Below are positions 37,253 to 46,933 of a DNA stretch of 64,000 nt, piece after piece. Source of the DNA: a virus; IMG/VR virus record IMGVR_UViG_3300020079_000009. One strand, given 5' to 3'. Within the stretch, counting starts at the first letter, position 1; every line of letters begins with the position of its first letter. The notes beneath the pieces are model-generated. The model was not told the origin of the DNA. It saw only the letters and a program-made list of their open reading frames with translations, and made no database searches. Position numbers and translations under genes: made by a program.

Positions 37253-37369
37253 GGTGAAGTCGTCCTCACTGGACTAAAAATTTGCTCCGTAGACTGAACA
37301 AGAACATAGCCCAAGAGGCAAAAAAGAAGAGGCTCTCTCCAGAAATGGAGAGGGCCTTTTTATATTATA

Positions 37370-37395
37370 TGTGCGTTTAAGAATTTAAACGCACA
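37370..37395. repeat. perfect 26-bp palindrome TGTGCGTTTAAGAATTTAAACGCACA
   Basis: 11-bp arms with a 4-bp centre, located between converging transcription units (terminators at 37331-37362 and 37503-37529). GGCCGATCGGCC palindrome follows at 37444-37455. Confidence 0.5.
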
Positions 37396-37519
37396 GGGTA
37401 ACGAAGACGGTGACGATGGAATTTTGATCAGCATGTCGCGGGCCGATCGGCCACCACTTCCACTGGATTTTACTGGATTTTCACCATTCATAACCAAGAG
37501 CAAAAGAAAAAGCCGAGGG

Positions 37520-37942
37520 TTAAACCTCGGCCTTAAACTCACCAACTAAATCGGTAATCTCCATATTACGTGCGGCAATGATGAAATCATTAATCATCTT
37601 ATCTAAATCTGTAGGGTCAACAACCGTGCTCTTCAACACATCATCAACTGCAACTTCTCTGCGCTTACCCCTACCAGGCTTACTTACTGGTACATTATCT
37701 TCATATTTATAAGTCTTGACCGCTTCGCGTTCAACTGGATATTTATAAGCATAACAACGATGGTCATCATACTCAGTAACAGAGCCAGACGCAAACGCCA
37801 CCTTACCAACAACTTCTCCATTAAGAATCAGTTCACCAGTCTCAGCAACTGCGTAAAGCACTCCTTTTTCCTGGTCTTTCTTCATCTCACTCTTTGGAGT
37901 CTTATATACATTATATCCTTTATACTTACCAATATGTTCCAT
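37520..37942 (-). CDS. hypothetical protein (140 aa), leftward island
   Basis: Minus-strand ORF; bidirectional terminator at 37503-37529. Confidence 0.45.
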   Translation of the reverse strand: MEHIGKYKGYNVYKTPKSEMKKDQEKGVLYAVAETGELILNGEVVGKVAFASGSVTEYDDHRCYAYKYPVEREAVKTYKYEDNVPVSKPGRGKRREVAVDDVLKSTVVDPTDLDKMINDFIIAARNMEITDLVGEFKAEV

Positions 37943-38067
37943 CTCATTTTTCCTTTCGTTTTTTTCATTTCATTTTTCGAAATGGGAATGAATTTTCAAT
38001 TCATTTTTCTATTTCTTTACTTATATTATATCATATTTTCATTTGAAAATCAAACCGATTTTTCAAT

Positions 38068-38298
38068 TCAGTTTTCAATTTCATTTAACTGTTGATATAT
38101 ATAATCTTCAAACGAAGTTTTTGTAGAAAATCCGACAGGATTTTCATTTTTCCTTTTGAAAGATACAACATAAAGGCTACCATCTTCCTTATCAAAGTAT
38201 ACCTCGGCTTCAGTAATACTTGGTCTTACTTTCATAAGGTCTAAAATCTGTTCCTTTGTTCCCCATTTAAACTTAACTTGCATCGCCGATCCTCCCAC
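38068..38298 (-). CDS. hypothetical small protein (76 aa)
   Basis: Minus-strand ORF preceding an A/T-rich TTTTCAATT-repeat region. Confidence 0.4.
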   Translation of the reverse strand: MGGSAMQVKFKWGTKEQILDLMKVRPSITEAEVYFDKEDGSLYVVSFKRKNENPVGFSTKTSFEDYIYQQLNEIEN

Positions 38299-38424
38299 GC
38301 GAAACGAGCTCGCTAAGGAAGGATTATAAAAGCCTGAGGACCGAAGGTCCGAAGGATTTTTAATCCTTCCCCACTATTGAGCCACTCTCTATTATTATTT
38401 AATAGGATACTATTTTTTTAACAA

Positions 38425-38545
38425 AAATGCCGATTTTGCCGAAAATTTTTAACAACTATTGCCGAAAATTTTTAACACATTGCTTAGATGTACAAAATTT
38501 TAACACTTTTATATAGGTGTCTAAATTTTTAACAAATCTCATTCG
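38425..38545. repeat. iteron array (left of HTH gene): GCCGAAAATTTTTAACA x2 and (A/G)GATGTACAAAATTTTAACA / GGTGTCTAAATTTTTAACA
   Basis: Direct repeats at 38430, 38460, 38486 and 38517 ending in TTTTAACA. Confidence 0.6.
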
Positions 38546-39143
38546 TAAGCCATTCTAATTCATAGATTGTCTTGATATTCTTAAATGAAGTATCGTCCTG
38601 TTCCTTTGTAGTCATATGGTATTTAATCAGTCCCAATTTCTCCAATACATAAAGAATATTCGTAATAGTATCATCGTTACTTCTTGTTGTAGAACAAATT
38701 CCAATATTCTCTTTCACTTGAGCCAATGTGAACTGGAATGCTTTACAACCAGTTGCATAGTATCTATTAAATAGATACACATATGTATTAATACTGTGCT
38801 CACTTAATGTATCAGTAATCAGTTTCAAAGTCTTATATGGCACGAGTGAAGCGATATCATTCGCCAAAGGTAGAATTAAAAACGAATTCTCGTCTTTCTT
38901 CGTGACGAGCCCTAAATCTACGAGATTGTTAAACTTCTTAGAAACTGTCTGACGGCTCATATTAAACATGGCAGATAACTTTGAGAAGTTAATCTCTTTC
39001 TTCCCAACAGTTCTCTCACCAGTCTTTTCGTCATAAGAAGAAATGCACTGAAGGTGAGCATAGAGAATGTCATAATATCTCTTATCAGCACAAATCTGTT
39101 TTACCTTCGGGACCTGACGAGAGTCCCTTTTCATTTCAAGCAT
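38529..39143 (-). CDS. HTH DNA-binding protein flanked by iterons (candidate repressor or replication-initiator/ori-binding protein)
   Basis: AGGAGG 8 nt upstream of ATG 39143 (MLEMKRDS...). HTH segment SKLSAMFNMSRQTVSKKFNNLVDLGLV. Opposite orientation to surrounding genes; direct repeats GATGTACAAAATTTTAACA on both sides. Confidence 0.55.
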   Translation of the reverse strand: MLEMKRDSRQVPKVKQICADKRYYDILYAHLQCISSYDEKTGERTVGKKEINFSKLSAMFNMSRQTVSKKFNNLVDLGLVTKKDENSFLILPLANDIASLVPYKTLKLITDTLSEHSINTYVYLFNRYYATGCKAFQFTLAQVKENIGICSTTRSNDDTITNILYVLEKLGLIKYHMTTKEQDDTSFKNIKTIYELEWLTNEIC

Positions 39144-39209
39144 GCAACTATTCCTCCTTTGCCATACATAATATATGAACAAAGTTGTTAATGGGTTAAC
39201 AGAATCTAC

Positions 39210-39345
39210 CCATTTATATAGATGTACAAAATTTTAACAAAATATCAAGGTGTCTAAAAATTTAACACATTTTTTTAACAATTATAGAGATGTACAAAAT
39301 TTTAACAACTCAATAAGATGTACAAAATTTTAACAAAAATCTCCG
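39210..39345. repeat. iteron array (right of HTH gene): four copies of GATGTACAAAATTTTAACA-like 19-mers
   Basis: Copies at 39217, 39247 (GGTGTCTAAAAATTTAACA variant), 39285 and 39316, spaced ~30-35 bp apart. Confidence 0.6.
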
Positions 39346-39396
39346 CAGTTGATTTTTACAAAATAATATGTTATAATATATATATAAAGTAAAAGG

Positions 39397-39708
39397 ATGG
39401 TAGATAATATGTCAGTAGATTATTCAGCAGGTGTTGTTTACGGTTGGAAACTGAAGCAGGGACGATATGATGAACTCCCCGACGAAATCAAAGATGAATA
39501 CGGCATTCAGACCGACTGTTATGGTTACGGCGGAGATTACTTTGTCGGTGTAAAGCAGTATGGTTGTGATTGCGGCGAGTCTGACGAGATGAATACCGAT
39601 GAAATCGCATTGCCTTTCGAAGACTTTGCAAAAATCCTCGCTGCAATACCCGACATCATAGCAAAATATCCTAATCCGTCACTGTATGTATATTGCAGAG
39701 TTTCCTAA
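39397..39708 (+). CDS. hypothetical protein (103 aa)
   Basis: Class-2-like promoter at 39341-39375; RBS AAAGGA. Confidence 0.4.
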   Translation: MVDNMSVDYSAGVVYGWKLKQGRYDELPDEIKDEYGIQTDCYGYGGDYFVGVKQYGCDCGESDEMNTDEIALPFEDFAKILAAIPDIIAKYPNPSLYVYCRVS

Positions 39709-39800
39709 CGGTGCCGTCAATTTTCGTTCCGTCACGAAAAATTGACAAACTCTAAAAATGCCGAAAAATTTTAACAGAAATAAAAGGAGAGTACAAGTCT

Positions 39801-40280
39801 ATGAATACTCAAAAATTTTGTAGAACTTGCGCCCTGGCCGACCCTGAGAATCTTGTATGTCAGCTTCTCCGAATGAGAATCGACCTTGATAAAGACTTTT
39901 GCTCAAGACACACAACTGAGGACCAGCTTGGGACTTGCGCGTACTGCGGCCAAATGTATCTTGGACCCGCAATTTTGGAGCAAACGGAAGACGGTTCGTT
40001 CATTGAACTGTGTCCTTCCTGTAACGAAAAGTTTGGAACCTGCGTGATGTGCACCGGTTTCACCAAGTGTAAACTGACAGATGAATCTTATAAACCACAG
40101 ATTCCGGTTACGGTCATCAAGACTATCCAACAGGGCAATATGAGAGCCCGCACGCAGATTGTTAACCCGGAGCGCATTGATGCAATCTGCAAGGCAGAGT
40201 GCAAATGCTGGGATGGCGAAGGTTGCGCGAGACGCGATTTCGGTACTTGCGCCAAGTATAACCAAAAGAAACCAAAGTAA
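39801..40280 (+). CDS. Cys-rich protein (159 aa, multiple zinc-ribbon-like CxxC pairs)
   Basis: RBS AAAGGAGAG; 18 Cys. Confidence 0.45.
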   Translation: MNTQKFCRTCALADPENLVCQLLRMRIDLDKDFCSRHTTEDQLGTCAYCGQMYLGPAILEQTEDGSFIELCPSCNEKFGTCVMCTGFTKCKLTDESYKPQIPVTVIKTIQQGNMRARTQIVNPERIDAICKAECKCWDGEGCARRDFGTCAKYNQKKPK

Positions 40281-40364
40281 AATTGTCACGATTTTCAGTC
40301 CTTTCTGAAGTTTCCTACATATATTATACCAAAATTTCGACAAAAAGTCAAGGAGGAGCGCACG

Positions 40365-41159
40365 ATGTTCGGATTTATAAAAAAGGCGGCACAAGGCGCG
40401 ATCGACACAGAACGTGCGCTCGCTGCATGCACTATGAACCAACAGGAGATTTATGAGAAACAAGTTGATAAACTTATCGAGGATGAAGGGGACGAATGGA
40501 TTTGGGTTCCCGGATGGAAAGCCACCGACTATTATATGCGTGGATACGGAGAATTTCAGTTCGAGATTGGACAGACCTACGAGCTTGCCGATGGTGAAGA
40601 ACCAGATGTCTGCTCTAAAGGATTTCATTTCTGCCCTAAACCCCAGTACGTGCGACAGTTTTATCATTATGGACGCCTTTTCCGAGTTGAAGTTTTGATT
40701 CGTAAAAGCGAATGGATAAAAGCTGAAGAGTGGGTGCGCGAACACCCCTATGGACCGGAATGGGGCTACAGTCTGTACCATATGGGCCCGACCTATATGA
40801 AGATGGCTGCAAAAGCGGTAAAGTTCATCGAGGAAGTTCCTGTCGCAGAGGCTCGTGAGTATTTCTACGATGTGGACTATGTCACTACTGATGAAGAGTA
40901 TTTGGATTTCATCAAGTGGATGGCCGACAAAAAAGAAATGAATGAGTGGTACTTCCAGCGCTACAAAGTGCTGATGGAACAAGCCGGAATCTCTGAAGTA
41001 CTTGCAAGAGTAATCTGGGATGACTTCAAATATAAACACAAGGGAAAAGTTGTTGCCGATTATGCTCTTGGTCTGCGAAGCAGTGGCGTAGGCACTGATA
41101 TGATGGTTTACCTTATGACGAAGAAGGCGAGCGAGCTCGTGGCTTCAGAGTCTAAGTGA
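40365..41159 (+). CDS. hypothetical protein (264 aa)
   Basis: RBS AAGGAGGAG; terminator at 41178-41200. Confidence 0.45.
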   Translation: MFGFIKKAAQGAIDTERALAACTMNQQEIYEKQVDKLIEDEGDEWIWVPGWKATDYYMRGYGEFQFEIGQTYELADGEEPDVCSKGFHFCPKPQYVRQFYHYGRLFRVEVLIRKSEWIKAEEWVREHPYGPEWGYSLYHMGPTYMKMAAKAVKFIEEVPVAEAREYFYDVDYVTTDEEYLDFIKWMADKKEMNEWYFQRYKVLMEQAGISEVLARVIWDDFKYKHKGKVVADYALGLRSSGVGTDMMVYLMTKKASELVASESK

Positions 41160-41271
41160 TGATATAGGAAGCTCTCTTGGTGAATTCAAGAGAGCTTCTT
41201 TGATTTTTTTATAAAAATATGTTATAATATATATGTAAGATAAAGAAAGAGATAAAAGCGAGGTTGATAAT

Positions 41272-41568
41272 ATGATGATTATTTTAGCTCATTGTGGAAA
41301 TGGTTACTGCGGCTGTGACTCTGAGGAGGTTTTCTTCTTCGAAGATGGAACCGCCGAAGCGATTATCAACGAAACTGTTTGCGACTGGGCTCGCGATAAC
41401 GCAGAATCCTATGCATATGTTCACTTCGGTTGGGGTGAAGAGTACTCTGATGAGGACTATGAAGACTATCTGGAGAACTATGTTGATTTCGACTGGTACG
41501 ATGCAACCTATGAAGAGTATGTTGAATGGTGTGAGAACTGGGGTTATGAGCCTAAGGAGGTTGAATAA
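41272..41568 (+). CDS. small acidic protein
   Basis: Class-2 promoter at 41201-41232, conserved leader GTAAGATAAAGAAAGA, RBS GCGAGGTTGATAATATG. Confidence 0.4.
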   Translation: MMIILAHCGNGYCGCDSEEVFFFEDGTAEAIINETVCDWARDNAESYAYVHFGWGEEYSDEDYEDYLENYVDFDWYDATYEEYVEWCENWGYEPKEVE

Positions 41569-41828
41569 TGGGTTATTTCGAGTATGAAGTTCGTGTTTAC
41601 GAAGAGTCTATGGTTGTTGAGAACCAGCTCGATAAAATGATTTATTGCGGCGTTATCTGCGCCGACAGCTATCCCGATGCCATCACCAAGGTCATTGACT
41701 ACTACGGTAAGGACGCAGTAATTGATGTTCGTCTGAGTGAGTGGGATTGCAGTGGCTGTATCATTCAGATTTCTAAGTCTGTTCTCGATGAACTGCGAGA
41801 GGACGAGGGAGACGGAATTAAGATTTAA
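41568..41828 (+). CDS. small hypothetical protein
   Basis: Translationally coupled (ATAATGG). Confidence 0.4.
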   Translation: MGYFEYEVRVYEESMVVENQLDKMIYCGVICADSYPDAITKVIDYYGKDAVIDVRLSEWDCSGCIIQISKSVLDELREDEGDGIKI

Positions 41829-41845
41829 GAAAGGAGGGTCTGAAT

Positions 41846-42424
41846 ATGGCTCTGAGTGGTGTTTATGAAATTTTTAACGAGAGATGGTGTAAGCAGACCG
41901 TGTGGCTGTATTCTGACCCTCACTTCGGTGATGAAGACCTGCGCGCAGGCATGCCTAACCGTCCTTCTGACGAGGAAATGGTAAAGATGATTAACGCTTG
42001 CGTTGGTCGTAAGGATACCATCATCTTCCTCGGTGACATTGGCGACATTGAATATGCTCGTCAGATTCGTGGCTACAAGGTTCTCATTTGCGGCAACCAC
42101 GATGTAGGTCATACTGTTTACAACGAAGTATTCGATGAGGTTTACTCTGGTCCTCTGATGATTGGTGAGAAGCTGTTGCTCTCTCACGAGCCTGTGGAAA
42201 TTCCTTGGGCGTTCAACATTCACGGTCACGACCACAAGGGTACCAAGAGAGAGGGTCATCTCAATGTCTGTGCCGATGTTATCGGTTACAAGCCTGTTCA
42301 TATGAACAACCTGCTTGCAAAGACTGGTATTCTCAGCAAGACTGAGTCTATCCACCGCCAGACTATCGACCAAGCAACCAAGAGAAAGAAAAAGCGTGGA
42401 GGTAAGAAAATTGGACAGAAATAA
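41846..42424 (+). CDS. calcineurin-like metallophosphoesterase
   Basis: Motifs SDPHFGD, GDIGD, GNHD, HGHDH in canonical order. Confidence 0.7.
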   Translation: MALSGVYEIFNERWCKQTVWLYSDPHFGDEDLRAGMPNRPSDEEMVKMINACVGRKDTIIFLGDIGDIEYARQIRGYKVLICGNHDVGHTVYNEVFDEVYSGPLMIGEKLLLSHEPVEIPWAFNIHGHDHKGTKREGHLNVCADVIGYKPVHMNNLLAKTGILSKTESIHRQTIDQATKRKKKRGGKKIGQK

Positions 42425-42635
42425 GGTAATTGAGCTTGCCTTCCGCAAGGCTTGCAAGTTCATGCGCGACCACCCCGCATATGATACCTGCGAACACATT
42501 GAGTTGGTTCAGCTGGTATATGACGGCAATAGTGACCCCGAGGGTCGCAGATACGCAGGTTATTTCCTGCAACAGGCTATCGACGAACTGAAGGAGAAGG
42601 AAAATGATGAAGTACGAGATTCTGCCGATAATTGA
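42411..42635 (+). CDS. possible small protein with TTG start
   Basis: GGAGG 8 nt upstream of TTG 42411, in frame with ORF 42315-42635; overlaps the previous gene's stop. Confidence 0.25.
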   Translation: MDRNKVIELAFRKACKFMRDHPAYDTCEHIELVQLVYDGNSDPEGRRYAGYFLQQAIDELKEKENDEVRDSADN

Positions 42636-42891
42636 TATTTATGACCTGCAGGACGCGATGGTTTCTCATTATGGAAATGATTTCCGTGTCTGCGATTTGC
42701 GCCAGATTATGTTTGGCGACCAGTATATGAACGATGTGTATAAGCGTTACAGTTGGGAAGATGGTCCCGTTGAATACACCGGCGCTTCTTGGCAGAACGA
42801 AGAGCACATTCGTCTGGAAAACTGCATCATCAGCTTTCTGGCTGATACTTTCCCCAGATATAAGGAGGTAATTGTCAATGTCGCATGGTAA
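42604..42891 (+). CDS. hypothetical protein (95 aa)
   Basis: RBS AAGGAGAAGG. Confidence 0.4.
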   Translation: MMKYEILPIIDIYDLQDAMVSHYGNDFRVCDLRQIMFGDQYMNDVYKRYSWEDGPVEYTGASWQNEEHIRLENCIISFLADTFPRYKEVIVNVAW

Positions 42892-43111
42892 AGTTGTCGG
42901 AGGAATTCCGATTGAAAAATGGAAATTGGCTTTCGCCGACGCGGTGAATACTGCGATTGATAAGGATTACTTTTCTGATACTCTGTTCTTCGAGCTGTAT
43001 CCTGAACACGGTGATGAAGATGAGGATTATGATAAGATGTGGGCCAGCGTAGATGAAGCATTCAAGGAGGTATTCGGATATGACCGACACGACTGCGGCA
43101 TCCTCGGTTAA
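42872..43111 (+). CDS. hypothetical protein (79 aa)
   Basis: RBS AAGGAGG; coupled. Confidence 0.35.
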   Translation: MSMSHGKVVGGIPIEKWKLAFADAVNTAIDKDYFSDTLFFELYPEHGDEDEDYDKMWASVDEAFKEVFGYDRHDCGILG

Positions 43112-43346
43112 GCGATACTGGAGGATAACTGCCTATACGCCGTTCTGCGGTGAGGATAAAATCGCATATTACAGCGGCACAAGTGAAGCTAATATGCACA
43201 AGTTCGCTCAGGAGCTGACAGAAGATAATGCAGCTGAATGGTGGGATACTTCTTGCGGCATGGATGAAGAGGAATACCTTGAAGAGTGCGGCTATGGCTT
43301 CGAGGAGATTTCGTACGAGACCTTCCGAGAGGAATGCGGCTACTAA
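43080..43346 (+). CDS. hypothetical acidic protein
   Basis: RBS CAAGGAGG 9 nt upstream of ATG 43080; terminator 43351-43378. Confidence 0.4.
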   Translation: MTDTTAASSVKRYWRITAYTPFCGEDKIAYYSGTSEANMHKFAQELTEDNAAEWWDTSCGMDEEEYLEECGYGFEEISYETFREECGY

Positions 43347-43455
43347 TATATGAAGCCCTGTGGAGACACAAGGGCTTCTTTGATTTTTATAAAAAAATAT
43401 GTTATAATATATATATAAAGTAAGAAAAGAAATTAAGAAAAGAGAGGTCGATACT

Positions 43456-44172
43456 ATGGCAGTAGCAAAGAGCTATCAGGGTCTGAAACAGCTGGGTCAG
43501 CCTTATGCGGTAAACGGAAAAATGTATGTAAAAGTGGAAACTGTCAAGGGCGGCACCCGCCAGGTTCGTTGGTATAGCGATGCTGAATATGCCAAGATGT
43601 ATGGTGAAGCTCCTACTGAGCGTGCTAAGCCTAAGACTGAAAAGGAAGCTCTCGGCTTTGCCAATGGCTTCATTCATATCTTCAAGGGCGATACTTATGC
43701 GGCTCTGGAATGGTTCCGTGCCTCTGTTTGCAAATACAATAAGATTTTCGGTTGGTATTGCCCTTCTACTGAAGAGCTGCCTAAGGATATTCCTATTGGC
43801 ATTGACCCTATCGAAATTCGTTGGTCTGATGTCTGCGCCGAGGATCAGATTTGCCTGAAAAATGAAACTGCGGTTAAGGAATGGTGTGCTCAGTTCCTGT
43901 ATGAGCCTTCTGATTCCGAGTTCATTGGCAATATCGGCGACCGAATCGAAGTGGTTGTTACGGTTGAGAAAGCAATCGAAATGAATGGCTACTATGGTCG
44001 TTCCACGATGCATGTGATGCATGACTACGAGGGTAATGTCATCATGTGGACCACTTCTGCTAAGCAGCTCGTAGAGGGTAACGAGTATACTCTGCGAGGT
44101 ACGATTAAAGACCACAAGGTCTATAAAAACGAAAAGCAGACCGTGCTTACTCGTTGCATGGTCCTCAACTAA
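43456..44172 (+). CDS. hypothetical protein (238 aa)
   Basis: Class-2 promoter at 43381-43412, RBS GAGAGGTCGATACTATG. Confidence 0.45.
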   Translation: MAVAKSYQGLKQLGQPYAVNGKMYVKVETVKGGTRQVRWYSDAEYAKMYGEAPTERAKPKTEKEALGFANGFIHIFKGDTYAALEWFRASVCKYNKIFGWYCPSTEELPKDIPIGIDPIEIRWSDVCAEDQICLKNETAVKEWCAQFLYEPSDSEFIGNIGDRIEVVVTVEKAIEMNGYYGRSTMHVMHDYEGNVIMWTTSAKQLVEGNEYTLRGTIKDHKVYKNEKQTVLTRCMVLN

Positions 44173-44190
44173 GAAAAGGAGATAGGGAAT

Positions 44191-44463
44191 ATGAAGAAAA
44201 TTTTTGCGATTGTTTTGGTGCTGGTGATGGTTCTGGGTTTGACGGCCTGCGGTAATGAGAACTGGGGTTTCGGTAACTACAACTTCACCCACGTCCATGT
44301 GAGCGACGGCGTTGATGGCTATTGTGCCACTATCAAGAGCTGGCACGATAATGAGCGAGGCATCGAGCTGCATACCGAAGAGTTTGGCAATGTTTATCTG
44401 AGCGAGGGCACATATGCACTGTTTGAGTATGGTAAGAATTGCCCGTTTTGCAACCAGGAGTAA
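44191..44463 (+). CDS. putative lipoprotein
   Basis: Signal peptide MKKIFAIVLVLVMVLG plus lipobox LTAC; RBS AAGGAGA. Confidence 0.55.
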   Translation: MKKIFAIVLVLVMVLGLTACGNENWGFGNYNFTHVHVSDGVDGYCATIKSWHDNERGIELHTEEFGNVYLSEGTYALFEYGKNCPFCNQE

Positions 44464-44578
44464 CATATGAGAGCGTTTTTCAGTTGCCTAATCATAGGCA
44501 TATACATTGTTTGCCTCGTTGTAGGCATATTTTATGATAGATAATATAAGGAAGCCTGCTGGTCACCAGTAGGCTTCT

Positions 44579-44625
44579 TTGATTTTTTATAAAAAATATG
44601 TTATAATATATATGTAAGATAAAGA
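44579..44625 (+). promoter_or_regulatory. class-2 promoter unit: TTGATT(44579)-N17-TATAAT(44602) with TGT extended -10 and conserved leader ATATATGTAAGATAAAGAAAGA; -35 overlaps the U-tract of terminator 44550-44580
   Basis: Near-identical 50-mers recur at ~39341, 41201, 43381, 46976, 47097, 48768, 51941, 61171, 62196, 62384, 63343, 63438 and 63672. Confidence 0.6.
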
Positions 44626-44654
44626 AAGAAAGAAAAAAGAAAGAGGTCGATACT

Positions 44655-44966
44655 ATGTCTAAATATAGAATTCTTGGTCTGGACGACGATAATCATTCTC
44701 CTATGTTTGTGTGCGAAGGTGGTCACGGTCACTACAATACTTTCAAGGAGCTGGTTGAGTTCCTGTCCCGTCCTCATCAGTTTGAAGTTGAAGTTAAGAT
44801 GTTCGCTATCGTAGACGAATGGTCTACTGAACTCGAAAAGTATGAGGAAGAAGAAATCAATGCTATGTTCGACGCTCTTGCTGGCACTTGCAGATATAGC
44901 GAAGATATGGTTCCTGAAGATGTCTTCAATCTGTTCTGGGAATCTGCAAATCGTAACTGGTGGTAA
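44655..44966 (+). CDS. hypothetical protein (103 aa)
   Basis: Class-2 promoter at 44579-44607, RBS AAGAGGTCGATACTATG. Confidence 0.4.
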   Translation: MSKYRILGLDDDNHSPMFVCEGGHGHYNTFKELVEFLSRPHQFEVEVKMFAIVDEWSTELEKYEEEEINAMFDALAGTCRYSEDMVPEDVFNLFWESANRNWW

Positions 44967-44976
44967 GGAGGTTCAT

Positions 44977-45174
44977 ATGACAAGAACTAAGGCGTTAGAG
45001 GCTTCCCGTGCACTGGATGCGATTGATGGCTTCCAGGCGTTTATGGACGAAGTTGATAAGGCGGTTAAGGATGCTGAAGACTTCGCACTTTTTAATCCAG
45101 AATTCAAAAACGCTCTGAATGAGCTGATGGAAAATGAACTCGCAAGACTGAACAAGGTACTTGCAGATTTATAA
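44977..45174 (+). CDS. small helical protein (65 aa)
   Basis: RBS GGTAAGGAGG before ATG 44977. Confidence 0.35.
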   Translation: MTRTKALEASRALDAIDGFQAFMDEVDKAVKDAEDFALFNPEFKNALNELMENELARLNKVLADL

Positions 45175-45193
45175 GAAAGAGGTTGGTATTTTT

Positions 45194-45448
45194 ATGGTAG
45201 ATATTAAGTCTATGTCCCTTGAGGAACTGTCCATTCTGGCTGAGGATATCAGCCATGAACTGAAAAAGCGTAAGGATATCCGTTTTCGTGAGCTGGCGTC
45301 TGGTGTGCTGGATGCAGTCAAGGCTCTGAAAACTGAGTTCCCTTATGTGAGTTACGATGTTGAAGTTGAAGATGAAGACGGCGGCTACCATGATGTAGAT
45401 GTGCTGGCTTATCTGGTCGACGGTAGCGTTTCTAAGTTTAGTAAGTAA
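45194..45448 (+). CDS. hypothetical protein
   Basis: RBS AAGAAAGAGG, ATG 45194. Confidence 0.4.
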   Translation: MVDIKSMSLEELSILAEDISHELKKRKDIRFRELASGVLDAVKALKTEFPYVSYDVEVEDEDGGYHDVDVLAYLVDGSVSKFSK

Positions 45449-45459
45449 GGAGGCGTGTC

Positions 45460-45747
45460 ATGTTTGATGGAAAATTTGGCGTTGACCCGCCTTGGTATAG
45501 AGAAAGCCCAATAGAAAGAGAAGCATTCAACCTTTATGCGATGGAGTGTGAGGGAATGCTTCCTACTCGACAGGGTAAAATCAATCAAGTTATCAATCTG
45601 ATGGTTGCGGCCGGGCCTATGTGTAACGACTTCGCCACTCAGTGTGATATATACGATGAGGTCGGCATCGATAGTGATACTTTTACCGACCAAGAGGTAC
45701 AATATATAGAAAGCGAGGTTGCAAAGCGACTTGTATACGGCTATTGA
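45460..45747 (+). CDS. hypothetical protein (95 aa)
   Basis: RBS GTAAGGAGG. Confidence 0.4.
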   Translation: MFDGKFGVDPPWYRESPIEREAFNLYAMECEGMLPTRQGKINQVINLMVAAGPMCNDFATQCDIYDEVGIDSDTFTDQEVQYIESEVAKRLVYGY

Positions 45748-46933
45748 TTCTCGAGAGCTGGATTTCGCTTTGACAGACTTTGCGGACCTGGTCAAGGATA
45801 AAACCTACAAGAAATTCCCATATGACCGCTGGAAGGAATTCGTCAGCAAGTTTAAGGGCAAGTGCATTGAGATTGAGGGTGACGATTATGAAATCGAAAT
45901 TCATTCCAATGACAGAAAGAGTATGACTCTTGACCCTTGCGACCAGTCATTGGGTACATTCCTTTGGTCCGAGTTCTGCGAAGACTACTCAGAGTATGGA
46001 ATGAGCGCCGAATTTGACAAAGAACACGCATTTGGTCAAGACTTAGTTAAGGTCAAGTGCAATATCGCTTCAAGCGAAGTAAACAAAAATATGAGCAGAA
46101 TTATGCCTGATGCGATTGGGATGCGTATTAAGGCTCCTGATGGGGATTGGATAGAAGTCCGTCCCGAAGATGTTTCTGTGCAATGCACTTCAAGCAACTG
46201 CTATCCCGTAAAAAACTATAAGATTGATTTAGACCATGCAAATCTCGATATGAGCTGTAGTCTAAAGAAACCTATTGACGAAATTCTGAAAAATGAAAAG
46301 GAGAAAACTGATATGAAGGGTTTCAATTTTGATTTCGGTCCTTGCAGCAATGATAATATCCGAATGAGCATCTACGGCCTGGCTGTTCAGAACAACGCCG
46401 GTATCTGGGTGTCCTATAACAACGGTCAGATTGTCGATGTTGATGTGTTCAACTTCGATGGTCGCCAGTATATGTTCAAGATGCCTGTTGCTATCAAGGA
46501 CATTAAGGTTGGCGATATCGTCATCCACAACCGTGTGCCTATGTTCGTAACTTCCACTGAGGGTGGTTCCATCTCTGCTGTGGATGTGCGCGCTGGCGAG
46601 GCTAAGACTATCATTCCTACTACCAATATGTTCGGTTTCAACTTCGTTACCAAGATTGTGTCTATGTTCGACGCCTTCACTGGCGCTCCTACTGCCGACC
46701 AGCCTTTCGGTAATATGCTGCCTTTCATTATGATGGGCGAGGGTAAGGATATCGACCCTATGATGATGTTCTTCCTGATGAATCAGGGCAACGGTAACTT
46801 CGATATGAACAATCCTATGATGCTCTACTTCATGATGGGTAAGGATGGCAAGTCTAACGACTGGATGCTGCCTATGATGATGATGAATATGCAGACTGGT
46901 AAGCACGAGTGCCACTGCGGCCATCACGACTAA
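45719..46933 (+). CDS. hypothetical protein (404 aa) with Met/Asn-rich C-terminus and CHCGHH tail
   Basis: Long ORF; terminator 46940-46968. Confidence 0.45.
   Translation: MQSDLYTAIDSRELDFALTDFADLVKDKTYKKFPYDRWKEFVSKFKGKCIEIEGDDYEIEIHSNDRKSMTLDPCDQSLGTFLWSEFCEDYSEYGMSAEFDKEHAFGQDLVKVKCNIASSEVNKNMSRIMPDAIGMRIKAPDGDWIEVRPEDVSVQCTSSNCYPVKNYKIDLDHANLDMSCSLKKPIDEILKNEKEKTDMKGFNFDFGPCSNDNIRMSIYGLAVQNNAGIWVSYNNGQIVDVDVFNFDGRQYMFKMPVAIKDIKVGDIVIHNRVPMFVTSTEGGSISAVDVRAGEAKTIIPTTNMFGFNFVTKIVSMFDAFTGAPTADQPFGNMLPFIMMGEGKDIDPMMMFFLMNQGNGNFDMNNPMMLYFMMGKDGKSNDWMLPMMMMNMQTGKHECHCGHHD

Noticed and set aside
45719-46933. Possible endolysin or lysis gene (no lysis cassette was otherwise found).
   Set aside because: No recognisable glycoside hydrolase, amidase or peptidase motifs were seen by eye; left as a hypothetical protein. 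Lysis genes probably lie outside this window.
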